Notes under the pieces: generated by a model
What the model saw: only the letters and a program-made list of their open reading frames with translations
Told to the model about the DNA's origin: nothing
Databases searched by the model: none
Source: Candidatus Arcticimaribacter sp.
GTDB taxonomy: Bacteria > Bacteroidota > Bacteroidia > Flavobacteriales > Flavobacteriaceae
Length of the DNA stretch: 64,000 nt
NCBI GenBank assembly: GCA_965662875.1
Contig: CBFIJA010000002.1
Span: forward strand, 5,921 to 69,920
Direction: 5' to 3'
Translations under genes and position numbers: made by a program
Shown here: positions 50,018 through 61,381 of the stretch, one piece after another
Layout: every line of letters starts with the position of its first letter
Position numbering within the stretch: the first letter of the stretch is position 1

Positions 50018-50709
50018 CAGGCCGCAGGTTCGTTTAATAAGTCTAAAAATGCAAAAGAAGTGGCTTCCATTTGGTACACTACTTTACTTGTTTTTACCAC
50101 CAAGTGATTGTAAGTAATATACCCCAGAATCCCGACGATTAGCCCAGCTACTGTCGTCGTCATTGCAGTATATAAACCGTCTGACAAAAGCTTCATATCG
50201 ATGTTTCCACCAGCATTAGAAATTTCAAAAATGGACAATATCATACCAATAACTGTTCCGAGGAAGCCGATCATTGGTGCTGCCCCTGCAATGGTAGCTA
50301 AGACACTTACATTTTTTTCCAGCTTATAGACTTCCAGTCTTCCGGCGTTCTCTATGGTGGTATTGATGTCCTCTAATGGTTTTCCAATTCGGGTAATGCC
50401 TTTAGCGATCAATCGGGCCACAGGAACGTCTTCTTTTATGCACAAAGCTTGTGCAGCTTCCATTTTCCCTTGAGAAACGTAATGCTTGATCTGATCCATA
50501 AACCCTTTGTCTATTTTTGAGGCTGCACGAATGGCAAACCATCGCTCAAAATAAATGTATAAGGCCACTATCATCAGTAAAAAAAGCAACGCTATAATGA
50601 TCTGGCCACCCAAACCTCCATTTTGAATCAACTCAATGAGAGAGAGTGTTTTTTTAGCTTGTAAGGCTGGGGTTTCTTGCACCCCATAAAGGAAAAGAAC
50701 TTCGAACAT
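50017..50709 (-). CDS. exbB: MotA/TolQ/ExbB proton channel protein
   Basis: 230 aa. The APMIGFLGTVIGMI and TTVAGLIVGI motifs of ExbB. Confidence 0.85.
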   Translation of the reverse strand: MFEVLFLYGVQETPALQAKKTLSLIELIQNGGLGGQIIIALLFLLMIVALYIYFERWFAIRAASKIDKGFMDQIKHYVSQGKMEAAQALCIKEDVPVARLIAKGITRIGKPLEDINTTIENAGRLEVYKLEKNVSVLATIAGAAPMIGFLGTVIGMILSIFEISNAGGNIDMKLLSDGLYTAMTTTVAGLIVGILGYITYNHLVVKTSKVVYQMEATSFAFLDLLNEPAA

Positions 50710-50758
50710 ATTAAAAGGCTTTTTAATAGAACGAAATTAATCAAAAATAAGTATGTCG

Positions 50759-52087
50759 CTATGCGATATACGAACGTAAAAGCATAAAGACAATCGATCC
50801 GGAAAGAAATCCGAGGAAGGCCAACCAAGAAATCTTCTTTAAGTACCAAAAGAAGTCAATCTTTTCCATTCCCATCGCCACTACTCCAGCTGCAGATCCG
50901 ATGATTAACATACTCCCGCCTGTTCCCGCTGAAAAAGCAATAAAGTGCCACAAGGGATCGTCCGTAACTTGGGAAAACATCCCCATAGAGGCTGCTACTA
51001 GTGGGACATTATCAATGACAGCCGATCCTATCCCCAACAACATTACGACAATGTCTGTATTTGGTATTGCGGCATTAAGTCCGTCGGCAAATTCAAAAAG
51101 TAGTCCCAGCGACTCAAGTGCGGCAACCGCCAGTAAAATCCCTAAAAAGAAAAGAATACTGGGCAATTCAATTTTTGATAACGATTTATGAACAGGACTG
51201 TGATGCGCTGCGGCCTCACTTTCTGCATCAATGGATGTAATGTTGATTTTTGCTGCAGAATAGATTTCCGCAAAAGTTGCTACAATGGCTAGAGAGAACA
51301 TCATGCCTACATAAGGAGGAAGATGCGTTACCGTTTTAAAAACAGGTACAAACACAATGGCACCAAGTCCTAAAAACAACATTGTCCCGCCCCTTTTGTG
51401 TGTGGATTCTTCATCTGCTTCTACCGCCTCAGGGATATCCCCCTTAAACGCGGGTAAAAGAGAAGCGATAAAAACCGGAACTACTACACATACAATTGAA
51501 GGAATCAAAAGATAAGAGATGAGTTTGAGGGTTGTTACCTTATTCCCTATCCACAACATGGTTGTTGTAACGTCTCCAATGGGTGACCATGCCCCTCCAG
51601 CGTTTGCCGCTACAATAATCAATCCGGCAAACCACAGTCGGGATTCTTTATCAGAAATTACTTTTTGTAATATGGTAATCAATACGATCGTGGCCGTTAG
51701 ATTGTCTATAATAGCGGATAAAATGAACGCTAAAACAGCAAAGATCCACAGCAAGGATTTTTTGGATTTGGTTTTTATAAACGATTTAATGGTGGCAAAG
51801 CCATTGAAATAATCAATGATTTCTACAATGGTCATTGCTCCCAACAGGAAAATGATAATTTCTGCTGTTTTCCCTAAATGGTGTAGAAGTATTTCTTCAA
51901 TATGCGTGGGAACCAATTGTTTTAGAGCCGTATCAACCTCAAATACAGGAAGGTGCCACAAGGCAATTATCGCCCATAAAAGTGCCATCATTGCCAATGC
52001 AGGAATGAGTTTGTCTACTTTTAGATTGTGTTCTAAAGTAATGGCCAAATAGCCTAAAACAAATATCGAGATTAATACAATTTCCAT
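50759..52087 (-). CDS. NhaD/ArsB-family Na+/H+ antiporter
   Basis: 442 aa, polytopic. IDNLTATIV and the repeated VIDNVPLVAA motif are typical of NhaD. Confidence 0.7.
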   Translation of the reverse strand: MEIVLISIFVLGYLAITLEHNLKVDKLIPALAMMALLWAIIALWHLPVFEVDTALKQLVPTHIEEILLHHLGKTAEIIIFLLGAMTIVEIIDYFNGFATIKSFIKTKSKKSLLWIFAVLAFILSAIIDNLTATIVLITILQKVISDKESRLWFAGLIIVAANAGGAWSPIGDVTTTMLWIGNKVTTLKLISYLLIPSIVCVVVPVFIASLLPAFKGDIPEAVEADEESTHKRGGTMLFLGLGAIVFVPVFKTVTHLPPYVGMMFSLAIVATFAEIYSAAKINITSIDAESEAAAHHSPVHKSLSKIELPSILFFLGILLAVAALESLGLLFEFADGLNAAIPNTDIVVMLLGIGSAVIDNVPLVAASMGMFSQVTDDPLWHFIAFSAGTGGSMLIIGSAAGVVAMGMEKIDFFWYLKKISWLAFLGFLSGSIVFMLLRSYIA

Positions 52088-52162
52088 AATTAATTAGTTG
52101 ATCTACCCTAAAGGATTTGGTTTCTGAAAAACGAAAATATAAATTCTTATCAAATAAGCCCG

Positions 52163-53224
52163 TTAAAATGTGAAAATCTTACCACTAGAATGATCGCAAG
52201 AAGCACCTGTAACACTAGACAAACAATTGTTTTCTTCTCGTAACCGGAGCACACCTAAAAAAGCAAAAATTAAGGCTTCTTTAAAGTCAATTAAGGTTGC
52301 TGAAGGCACAACCAATTGACATAGGGTATTTTGATTTAAACAGTCCAATAAAAAGCTGTGATAAGTTCCTCCGCCGGTGACTAATGTTTTTTCATTTTTT
52401 GGCAAATGCTCTTTTATAATCCCGGCAGCATGAACAACATAGGTATGCAGGAGATTGGGAATTCCTTCAGAAGCATACTGTTCCATTAACGGCAATACAT
52501 CCGAAAGAACCCACTCTTTTCCTAAAGATTTTGGGGGCGCTTGTGCATAAAAAGGAAGCCGATCCAGTTTCGCTTTCAACTCTGGAATCAATTTTCCTTT
52601 TCGAGCGATCTCTCCCTTATTATCGTATAAAAGCCCAAGTTTGTTTGCCCAATGATTCAAAACAATATTTACACCACATAGGTCATAGGCTTGAATCGGG
52701 TTTTTGTCTAAACGCGTAATGTTGGCAAAACCGCCTAAATTCAAACAGGCAGCATGGGTAGAAAACAGATGCACTTCACCTCCTGGAACCAAAGGAGCCC
52801 CCTGGCCACCCAATGCAACATCCGCTACCCGAAAGTCACAGATCACTTTTGTTTTAAGGGCTGCTGCCAAGGAGGGTAAATTTCCGATTTGTAAAGTCAC
52901 TCCCCGCTCGGGTTTATGAAAAAGGGTATGCCCATGCGAACTCACAAAATTTACTTTTGGATGTACAGACGACTGGGTATAGGGACGCAAAAGTTTCGCT
53001 AAAAAAGCAGTATAATCCTCGTTTAATAAGGATATTTTTTCCTCAGATAAATCCATTGCATTGGAAAGTCTTCTTTCCCACTCCTTTGGATACGGATGCG
53101 TAGCAGCTTCCAATATTTTATACGTCCAACACTCCCTTAAATTAAATTCTACACGCACAACATCTACCCCATCAAGAGAAGTGCCCGACATAACGCCCAA
53201 AACAATGTGTTTTTTTAAAGACAA
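52163..53224 (-). CDS. anmK: anhydro-N-acetylmuramic acid kinase
   Basis: 353 aa. GVMSGTSLDGVD and NLGGFANI motifs. Confidence 0.85.
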   Translation of the reverse strand: MSLKKHIVLGVMSGTSLDGVDVVRVEFNLRECWTYKILEAATHPYPKEWERRLSNAMDLSEEKISLLNEDYTAFLAKLLRPYTQSSVHPKVNFVSSHGHTLFHKPERGVTLQIGNLPSLAAALKTKVICDFRVADVALGGQGAPLVPGGEVHLFSTHAACLNLGGFANITRLDKNPIQAYDLCGVNIVLNHWANKLGLLYDNKGEIARKGKLIPELKAKLDRLPFYAQAPPKSLGKEWVLSDVLPLMEQYASEGIPNLLHTYVVHAAGIIKEHLPKNEKTLVTGGGTYHSFLLDCLNQNTLCQLVVPSATLIDFKEALIFAFLGVLRLREENNCLSSVTGASCDHSSGKIFTF

Positions 53225-53415
53225 CCTGAAATTTTTCCTAAAAATAGACTCAAAATTACACTTATCGCAAGGATCAAAACAAATATTTGTGAATTTTAAA
53301 ACAAATGGCTTTTAGAAATCGAAAGGCAACAAAAACTAAAAGATTTGAGCCAAAAGGGAGGGATTCTAGCACACAATTCCTATATTTTTGTGTTTCCTAA
53401 AAAAAGAACGAGAAT

Positions 53416-56400
53416 ATGCTACCTGAAAAACAAGGACTTTACTCCCCTGATTTTGAACACGATAACTGTGGCGCAGGATTTATCTGTAGTCTGCAAGGCA
53501 AGAAAACCAATGACATCATTGGAAAAGCCCTAGACATCTTGGTAAAACTTGAACACCGCGGTGCAGTAAGTTCAGATGGCAAAACGGGTGACGGAGCTGG
53601 AATTTTAATTGAAATTCCCCACGATTTTTTAGTCAAAAACGTATCCTTCGACCTTCCAGAAGTGCATCAATACGCTGTTGGGATGACCTTTTTACCTCAA
53701 AAAGAAAATCAACGTCAGTTTTGTGTTAATGTCTTTGAAGAAGAAGTTAAAAAGCAAGGATTATCTCTTTTAGGATGGAGAAAAGTTCCTGTCAATAAAT
53801 CCGTAGTAGGTCGCATTGCCGGACAAACAGAGCCCTACATTGCTCAGGTCTTTGTTGGAAAAGGAGAAAAAGAGATCTCGGATCATGAATTTAACGTAAA
53901 GCTTTTTATCGCCCGTAAAATCGCCGAACACAAGGTCATCGAATCAAAATTATCTGAAAGTAAATATTTCTATTTCCCATCCTTATCGACGCATACCCTC
54001 ATTTATAAAGGACTTCTGGTCCCCGAAGACATTGAACCGTATTACACCGATCTCTCAGATCCTTCTGTAGTGACACGTTTGGCTTTGGTGCACCAACGTT
54101 TTTCCACCAACACCTTCCCTACATGGGATTTGGCTCAACCTTTCCGCTACATGTGCCACAACGGCGAAATAAACACTTTCCGCGGCAACTACAGCAGAAT
54201 GCAAGCGCGGGAAGAGTTATTCAAAAGTGATTTGTTTGGCGAAGACATTAAAAAAATACTCCCTGTTATCTTAAAAGGGAAATCCGATTCTTCTTCCATG
54301 GACATGGCTGTAGAATTATTATTGGCTACCGGTCGTTCCCTCCCAGAGGTCATGATGATGATGGTGCCAGAGGCTTGGGAAAAACACAAGTCAATGGATC
54401 CTGCTAAAAAAGCTTTCTATCAATACAATGCATGCATCATGGAGCCTTGGGACGGTCCTGCATCCATCCCCTTTACGGATGGAAAATACATCGGTGCGTT
54501 ATTGGACAGAAACGGTTTGCGCCCTTCACGTTATACGGTAACCAAAGACGGTTATGTCGTGATGTCTTCTGAAGTTGGTGTTTTGGATATTGCTCCAGAA
54601 AATGTAGAAAAACACGGTCGTCTAGAGCCCGGAAGAATGTTCTTGGTAAACATGGACGAAGGACGCATTATAGAAGATGAAGAAATCAAAAGCCAAGTGG
54701 TCAACGCACGCCCTTACCAAGAGTGGTTAGACAATAACTTGCTCCCGCTGAAAGACGTTCCTTATACCGGAAATCACTTGCCGGTTGAATCTGAAGATTT
54801 TGAAACACGCTTGCGTGTTTTTGGGTACACCCAAGAAGACTTTAAAACACTAATACTCCCAATGAGTATCCAAGGAAAAGAAGCCATTGGATCCATGGGA
54901 ACAGACACCCCTTTAGCGATTTTATCAGATCGCCCTCAATTATTATTCAACTACTTTAAGCAACTTTTTGCTCAGGTTACCAACCCTCCCTTGGATGGAA
55001 TTCGCGAGGAAATTGTTACCGACACCTCTTTGAGCATCGGAAACGACCTTAACGTTTTTGAAATCAGTGAGAATCATGCTAAGAAATTAATGATTCAAAA
55101 TCCTGTGATTTCAAATGAGGATTTAGATAAGATCAAACACCTAAAGCACAAAGATTTTAAAGCCATCACCATTCCAACCTTGTACGAGGTGCATAAAGGT
55201 GTAAACGGCTTGGAAAGCGCTTTGGATCAAATGATCAAAAGCATAGAAAAGGAAGTAGATAACGGAGCAAACATTGTGATTTTATCTGACCGTGGTGTAT
55301 CAAATTTCTTTGCACCCATCCCAATTCTGTTGGCTTGTGCTCATACACACAATGCGCTGAAACGTTTGAAAAAACGTTCCGATTTTGGGATTGTAATCGA
55401 ATCTGCAGAACCGCGTGAACCCCACCACTTCTCTTGTTTATTTGGTTATGGCGCCAGTGCAATCAATCCTTACATGGTGAATGAGATCATCGAAAAACAA
55501 GTTGAAAACGGAAGCATTACGGGTATTGACGCCAACGCTGCCATTGAAAATTTCAACCAAGCCATTGCCAAAGGCATCATCAAGGTGATGAACAAAATTG
55601 GTATTTCTACGCTTCACTCTTATCGTGGTGCTCAAATTTTTGAAGCACTCGGTCTGAGCGAGCAGTTTGTCGACACCTTCTTCTGTGACACGGCCACTCG
55701 AATTGAAGGGATTGGACTTTACGAAATTGAAAAAGAAATTTCAAGACGTTACGACAAGGCCTTTAGCAAAGAAGGACTTGCAGGTCTTGATTTAGAAATT
55801 GGTGGAGAATACCGCTGGAGAAGAGATGGAGAAGCGCATATGCTAAACCCAACAACCATTGCCAAACTGCAGCAAGCAGTAAAGCAAAACAACTGGGAAA
55901 GCTACGATGTGTATTCAAAAATGATCAACGAACAGACAGAGAAATTAATGACCATTCGTGGGTTGTTTGAGTTTTCAAGTTATGATCCAATTCCTATCGA
56001 AGAGGTGGAACCTTGGACAGAAATTGTAAAGCGCTTTAAAACCGGGGCGATGTCATTGGGATCCATTTCCGCCGAAGCACACGAAAATCTGGCCATTGCC
56101 ATGAACCGTATAGGAGGAAAAAGCAACTCTGGCGAAGGAGGAGAAGACCCACAACGTTTCCAACCGGACAACAATGGAAACTGGAGAAACTCTGCCATTA
56201 AACAAGTGGCCTCTGGACGTTTTGGTGTCTCTAGCCACTATTTGAGTTCAGCCAAAGAAATACAAATTAAAATGGCCCAAGGAGCCAAGCCTGGAGAGGG
56301 AGGACAACTCCCAGGACCCAAGGTAAATCCATACATCGCATCGGTTAGAAACTCTACACCTTATGTAGGGCTAATTTCCCCACCGCCGCACCACGATATT

Positions 56401-57924
56401 TATTCAATCGAGGATTTAGCACAGCTCATTTATGACTTGAAAAATGCCAACCGCGAAGCGAGAGTCAATGTGAAACTCGTTTCAGAAGTAGGCGTTGGAA
56501 CCATTGCTGCTGGAGTTGCAAAAGCAAAAGCAGATGTTATTTTGGTTTCCGGTTTTGATGGAGGAACAGGAGCATCTCCACTAACATCCTTGAAACACGC
56601 CGGTCTTCCTTGGGAATTAGGTATTGCAGAAGCGCAACAAACCTTGGTTATGAATGACCTTCGTAACCGCATCGTATTGGAATGTGACGGACAAATGAAA
56701 ACAGGTAGAGATGTAGCCATCGCTTGTTTGTTGGGGGCAGAAGAATTTGGATTCTCTACTGCACCATTAGTGGCCTCTGGATGTATCATGATGCGTGCTT
56801 GTCACCTCAACACCTGTCCAGTAGGTATTGCAACGCAAGATCCTGAATTGCGTAAAAACTTTAAGGGACAACCCGAACACGTCATCAACTTCATGTATTT
56901 TGTTGCAGAAGAGTTGCGTCAAATCATGGCACAACTCGGTTTCCGTACCGTAAATGAAATGGTCGGTCAATCGCAAAAAATCAACATGAAAAAAGCGGTA
57001 GACCACTTTAAGGCACAAGGAATTGATTTATCAAAAATCCTTTACAAGCCTGAAGTTAGTCCTAAAACAAAGCTTTACAATACAACAAAACAAGACCACG
57101 GACTGGAAAAAGTGATTGACTTTAAAATTATTGAAGCAGCCCACCCAGCCATCTACAGAAAAGAGGAACAACATCTTGAGTTTCCGATCAAAAATACAGA
57201 CCGTACGGTTGGAGCCATTTTATCCAATGAAATTTCTAAAATGCACGGTGCGCCTGGATTACCAGAAGACACGTTGAGTCTTAAGTTTACAGGTACGGCA
57301 GGACAAAGTTTTGGCGCATTTGCTGCAAAAGGACTCTTCATGAAAGTATCCGGTACCTGTAATGACTATTTTGGAAAAGGATTGTCTGGTGCGAAATTAA
57401 TTGCCCAGGTCCCTGAGGAAGCAACGTTTAAAGCACACGAAAACATCATTGTTGGAAATGTTGCCTTGTACGGTGCGACTTCCGGAGAGGCTTACATCAA
57501 TGGTATTGCAGGAGAGCGATTCTGTGTACGTAACTCAGGTGCAACTGCCGTAGTAGAGGGAATTGGAGATCACGGTTGCGAATACATGACCGGAGGAATT
57601 GCTGTTGTCTTAGGAGAAACAGGAAGAAACTTTGCTGCAGGAATGAGCGGGGGTATTGCCTACCTCTACAGCCCTGACGGAACGTTTGATGAGAAAAAAT
57701 TCAATCTGGAAATGGTAGAATTAGAAGACCTCACAGAGCAAGATAGAGAAACGGTTTTTGGATTACTCAACAACCACAAAGACTATACGAAAAGTGAAAA
57801 AGCTGCAAGCATTCTTAAAGACTGGCCAGACAGTTCAAAGAACTTCATTAAAGTAATGCCAACGGACTATAAAAAAGCATTGGCGATGTTAGCAGCACAA
57901 AAAGAAAACGAATTAAAAGCATAA
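53416..57924 (+). CDS. gltB: glutamate synthase large subunit
   Basis: 1502 aa. N-terminal Cys after Met-processing context (HDNCGAGF), followed by FMN/Fe-S and GXGXG domains. A candidate -7 box TATTTTTG lies at 53383-53390. Confidence 0.95.
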   Translation: MLPEKQGLYSPDFEHDNCGAGFICSLQGKKTNDIIGKALDILVKLEHRGAVSSDGKTGDGAGILIEIPHDFLVKNVSFDLPEVHQYAVGMTFLPQKENQRQFCVNVFEEEVKKQGLSLLGWRKVPVNKSVVGRIAGQTEPYIAQVFVGKGEKEISDHEFNVKLFIARKIAEHKVIESKLSESKYFYFPSLSTHTLIYKGLLVPEDIEPYYTDLSDPSVVTRLALVHQRFSTNTFPTWDLAQPFRYMCHNGEINTFRGNYSRMQAREELFKSDLFGEDIKKILPVILKGKSDSSSMDMAVELLLATGRSLPEVMMMMVPEAWEKHKSMDPAKKAFYQYNACIMEPWDGPASIPFTDGKYIGALLDRNGLRPSRYTVTKDGYVVMSSEVGVLDIAPENVEKHGRLEPGRMFLVNMDEGRIIEDEEIKSQVVNARPYQEWLDNNLLPLKDVPYTGNHLPVESEDFETRLRVFGYTQEDFKTLILPMSIQGKEAIGSMGTDTPLAILSDRPQLLFNYFKQLFAQVTNPPLDGIREEIVTDTSLSIGNDLNVFEISENHAKKLMIQNPVISNEDLDKIKHLKHKDFKAITIPTLYEVHKGVNGLESALDQMIKSIEKEVDNGANIVILSDRGVSNFFAPIPILLACAHTHNALKRLKKRSDFGIVIESAEPREPHHFSCLFGYGASAINPYMVNEIIEKQVENGSITGIDANAAIENFNQAIAKGIIKVMNKIGISTLHSYRGAQIFEALGLSEQFVDTFFCDTATRIEGIGLYEIEKEISRRYDKAFSKEGLAGLDLEIGGEYRWRRDGEAHMLNPTTIAKLQQAVKQNNWESYDVYSKMINEQTEKLMTIRGLFEFSSYDPIPIEEVEPWTEIVKRFKTGAMSLGSISAEAHENLAIAMNRIGGKSNSGEGGEDPQRFQPDNNGNWRNSAIKQVASGRFGVSSHYLSSAKEIQIKMAQGAKPGEGGQLPGPKVNPYIASVRNSTPYVGLISPPPHHDIYSIEDLAQLIYDLKNANREARVNVKLVSEVGVGTIAAGVAKAKADVILVSGFDGGTGASPLTSLKHAGLPWELGIAEAQQTLVMNDLRNRIVLECDGQMKTGRDVAIACLLGAEEFGFSTAPLVASGCIMMRACHLNTCPVGIATQDPELRKNFKGQPEHVINFMYFVAEELRQIMAQLGFRTVNEMVGQSQKINMKKAVDHFKAQGIDLSKILYKPEVSPKTKLYNTTKQDHGLEKVIDFKIIEAAHPAIYRKEEQHLEFPIKNTDRTVGAILSNEISKMHGAPGLPEDTLSLKFTGTAGQSFGAFAAKGLFMKVSGTCNDYFGKGLSGAKLIAQVPEEATFKAHENIIVGNVALYGATSGEAYINGIAGERFCVRNSGATAVVEGIGDHGCEYMTGGIAVVLGETGRNFAAGMSGGIAYLYSPDGTFDEKKFNLEMVELEDLTEQDRETVFGLLNNHKDYTKSEKAASILKDWPDSSKNFIKVMPTDYKKALAMLAAQKENELKA

Positions 57925-57928
57925 AGCC

Positions 57929-59395
57929 ATGGGAAAATTAAGAGGATTTATGGAATACGATCGCGTCAATGAAAAAGCGATCGACCCAAAAGAGCGGATT
58001 GAAAATTACAAAGAGTTTACCCTAGCTCCAAAAACAGAAGTGTTGCAAGAACAAGGAGGACGATGCATGGATTGCGGTGTTCCTTTTTGTCACAGTGGAT
58101 GTCCCTTAGGAAATTTGATCCCTGACTTTAACGATGCTGTATACAAAAACGAATGGGAAAAAGCTTTACACATTCTTCATTCCACCAATAACTTCCCAGA
58201 ATTTACCGGACGTTTGTGCCCAGCACCATGCGAGGAAGCGTGCGTTTTGGGAATTGTAAACCCCCCAGTATCCATTGAAATGATCGAAAAATACATCGTA
58301 GAACGTGGGTTTTCTGAAGGATGGATTAAAGCGAATCCCCCAGAACAACGTACCGGTAAAAAAGTTGCCGTGGTTGGATCTGGACCTGCAGGATTGGCGG
58401 CTGCACAGCAGTTGAACCGTGCAGGACACAAAGTGACTGTATACGAAAGAGACAATAAAATTGGCGGTCTATTGCGTTACGGCATTCCTGATTTTAAGAT
58501 GGAAAAAAATGTCATTGATCGACGTTTGGCACAACTTGAAGAGGAAGGCATTGAATTTGTCATAAATACTGAAATCGGTAAAGACATTTCAGCAGCACAA
58601 TTGGAAGCGGATAACGATGCTGTACTTTTGTGTATGGGGGCTACCGTTCGTAGAGGATTGCCTATCCCAGGAGCAGATCTCAACGGCGTAGTTCAAGCGA
58701 TGGATTTCTTGCCACACAACAACAAAGCCGTTGATGGACAGCACGATAGAGAAGCTAAATATTTGGCGACCGATAAGAACGTGATTGTAATCGGGGGTGG
58801 AGATACAGGATCTGACTGTATAGGAACTTCTAACCGACACGGTGCAAAGAGCGTGACTAACTTTGAAATCATGCCAAAACCCGCTGACGGAAGAACAGAA
58901 GATAACCCTTGGCCCTATTGGCCCTTTAAACTAAAGACGTCTTCTTCTCATGAAGAAGGAAGCCACCGTGAATGGTCTATCTTGACCAAAGAGTTTATTG
59001 GCGATGGAAAAGGAAATCTTAAAGCCTTGAAAACAGTAGAGGTGCAATGGAAAAAAATTCCAGGAGAGCGTCCACAACTTATTGAAAGAGAGGGAAGTGA
59101 AAAAGAATGGCCGTGTGAACTTGCCCTTTTGGCGCTTGGGTTTACTGGACCAGAATTGACCATTCCTGAACAACTGGGGCTTACCTATGACAACAGAGGG
59201 AACATTAAAGGTGAAAATAAATACCAGACGACCAAGCCAAATATATTTGCTGCAGGAGATGTTCGTAGAGGCCAATCCTTGATCGTATGGGCCATCTCTG
59301 AAGGTAGAGAAGCTGCACATCAAGTGGATACGCATTTGATGGGACATTCCACTTTACCACAGAAAAACACAGCAGGAGATTTAATCTCGGTTTAA
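57929..59395 (+). CDS. gltD: glutamate synthase small subunit (NADPH)
   Basis: 488 aa. CxxCGxPFC...C Fe-S motifs and VAVVGSGPAGLAAA. Confidence 0.93.
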   Translation: MGKLRGFMEYDRVNEKAIDPKERIENYKEFTLAPKTEVLQEQGGRCMDCGVPFCHSGCPLGNLIPDFNDAVYKNEWEKALHILHSTNNFPEFTGRLCPAPCEEACVLGIVNPPVSIEMIEKYIVERGFSEGWIKANPPEQRTGKKVAVVGSGPAGLAAAQQLNRAGHKVTVYERDNKIGGLLRYGIPDFKMEKNVIDRRLAQLEEEGIEFVINTEIGKDISAAQLEADNDAVLLCMGATVRRGLPIPGADLNGVVQAMDFLPHNNKAVDGQHDREAKYLATDKNVIVIGGGDTGSDCIGTSNRHGAKSVTNFEIMPKPADGRTEDNPWPYWPFKLKTSSSHEEGSHREWSILTKEFIGDGKGNLKALKTVEVQWKKIPGERPQLIEREGSEKEWPCELALLALGFTGPELTIPEQLGLTYDNRGNIKGENKYQTTKPNIFAAGDVRRGQSLIVWAISEGREAAHQVDTHLMGHSTLPQKNTAGDLISV

Positions 59396-59415
59396 AGCTA
59401 TTTTACAAAAGAAAA

Positions 59416-59440
59416 AGCCCGCTAAATGCGGGCTTTTTTT
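59416..59440. terminator. bidirectional intrinsic terminator
   Basis: AGCCCGC-TAAAT-GCGGGCT with an A-run upstream and T7 downstream, between convergent genes. Confidence 0.75.
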
Positions 59441-59455
59441 ATGATCTTACTTTAT

Positions 59456-60058
59456 TTATTCTTCATTCAATGCACGATCAATCAGATCAGCAACATTGAT
59501 TCTTGCTCCTTTAGAAATGGTATCCGTTACCGTTAAAATAAGGAGGTCTTTCCCTTTGGCATTTAGATAGATCTTTTGCCCTATTGCCAAATCCACACCA
59601 CTTTTTGAGTAAGGAGAAAGGTTGGGATTCATGACCCCTGGGATACGAAGGGGTAAACTTTGGTTGGTGGTATTCACCAAATAAAATCCACGCTGCGGAG
59701 TTAACTCCCCAGGTTTTTTCTTTCCTTTTGGCGTTTTATAAATGATGTATTCAATTTTTTGAGGAGCTAAAAAACGATTTTCCAATTGCAAGTACATGTT
59801 TGAAGGAACACTCAAAATTGCATTGGCGCCTTTGGCTAAACCAAAACCTTTTTTCAGGGAATCCGTTTCATGCATACGCGCAGAAACGCCCAGGTCAAAC
59901 TTAGACTTGTTCCATAATTTAACTGTAAACCCCTTAAAATAAGGATAATCAATTTGAACGACTTGCTTCGGCGGAATGACAAGGGTAGATTTTTCCCATT
60001 TGCCCTGGGCAGTCATTGCAGTAGAAAAAAGCACAAGAAGTAATAGAATATGTTTCAT
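59456..60058 (-). CDS. secreted hypothetical protein
   Basis: 200 aa. Signal peptide MKHILLLLVLFSTAMTAQG. No recognisable motifs. Confidence 0.5.
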   Translation of the reverse strand: MKHILLLLVLFSTAMTAQGKWEKSTLVIPPKQVVQIDYPYFKGFTVKLWNKSKFDLGVSARMHETDSLKKGFGLAKGANAILSVPSNMYLQLENRFLAPQKIEYIIYKTPKGKKKPGELTPQRGFYLVNTTNQSLPLRIPGVMNPNLSPYSKSGVDLAIGQKIYLNAKGKDLLILTVTDTISKGARINVADLIDRALNEE

Positions 60059-60081
60059 GACCTAAAAATACAATCCTATCT

Positions 60082-61320
60082 TTGAATGCCATGAAAAAAG
60101 AGAAAAAAGTAGCAATTATTGGTGCAGGAGCAGCAGGGTATTTCGCAGCGCTATCCGTTGCCAAGCATCATCCAGAGGCGAATATAAGCGTGTTTGAAAA
60201 ATCCAGTAAAGTACTTGCTAAAGTAAAAATTTCTGGCGGTGGGCGATGCAATGTCACCCACAATTGCGGGGATCCCAACACCTTGATGAAAGCCTACCCT
60301 AGGGGAGGAAGAAAACTAAAACATCTCTTTCATCAATTTGCCCCAAACGATACCGTACAATGGTTTGAAGCCCGTGGAGTACCCTTAAAGACCGAAGAGG
60401 ACGGACGTATGTTTCCTACTTCAGATGATTCGCAAAGCATCATCGATTGTTTACAAAATGAAATTCAAAAATACAGGATAAAGTGTGTATTGGCTTCGGG
60501 GGTTAAAGCCTTAAAACCTGAATCAGATCAGTGGCGCATTGTGTTAGAGGATTCCGAAATCCTCTTTGATAGCGTTATTGTCACAACTGGAGGAAGTCCA
60601 AAACGCAAAGGCTTTGATTGGCTTGCCAATTTAGACCATGAAATCGTCTCCCCGGTCCCCTCTTTATTCACCTTTAACATGCCCAACCATCCCATTACCG
60701 CTTTAATGGGTGTGGTTGCAGAAAATGCAAAAGTGAGTCTTTCCGGAACAAACATTAAAACAGAAGGTCCTATTTTAATCACCCACTGGGGCATGAGCGG
60801 TCCCGCAATTCTAAAAGCCTCAGCGTTTGGTGCACGGATTTTGGCAGAAAAAAAATATCAGTTTTCCATTCAAGTAGCATGGATAACCACAGGAGTCCAT
60901 GCACTTCAACAGGAGCTGGACAAAACCGTTTTAGAGCACCCACATAAAAAAATAAACAACCACAATCCACTAAAAATTCCCAATCGCCTTTGGCGTTATC
61001 TCTTGGAACAACTTTCTATACCCCAGGAAAGACGTTGGAATGAAGTGGGACAAAAAAACCTAAGGCGTCTGGTGGAACGCCTCACCAATGACCGTTATGA
61101 AGTCAACGGAAAAACCACCTTTAAAGAAGAATTTGTAACCTGTGGCGGTATCGCACTAAGCGATGTGAATTTAAAAACCATGGAAAGCAAAAAACACAAA
61201 GGACTTTTCTTTGCTGGAGAAGTACTTGATGTCGATGCCATTACAGGAGGATACAACTTCCAAGCCGCTTGGAGCGGTGGCCATGTCGCCGGAAAACTTG
61301 GAACGGGTGGCACCCTTTGA
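60082..61320 (+). CDS. HI0933/BaiN-family FAD-dependent oxidoreductase
   Basis: 412 aa. VAIIGAGAAGYFAA, SGGGRCNVTH and ITGGYNFQ. Confidence 0.85.
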   Translation: MNAMKKEKKVAIIGAGAAGYFAALSVAKHHPEANISVFEKSSKVLAKVKISGGGRCNVTHNCGDPNTLMKAYPRGGRKLKHLFHQFAPNDTVQWFEARGVPLKTEEDGRMFPTSDDSQSIIDCLQNEIQKYRIKCVLASGVKALKPESDQWRIVLEDSEILFDSVIVTTGGSPKRKGFDWLANLDHEIVSPVPSLFTFNMPNHPITALMGVVAENAKVSLSGTNIKTEGPILITHWGMSGPAILKASAFGARILAEKKYQFSIQVAWITTGVHALQQELDKTVLEHPHKKINNHNPLKIPNRLWRYLLEQLSIPQERRWNEVGQKNLRRLVERLTNDRYEVNGKTTFKEEFVTCGGIALSDVNLKTMESKKHKGLFFAGEVLDVDAITGGYNFQAAWSGGHVAGKLGTGGTL

Positions 61321-61381
61321 TATCGTTTTAATTTTCCTATTTTAGTAGAGCATCCAGAACATAAGTTGAGTATAAAATCAT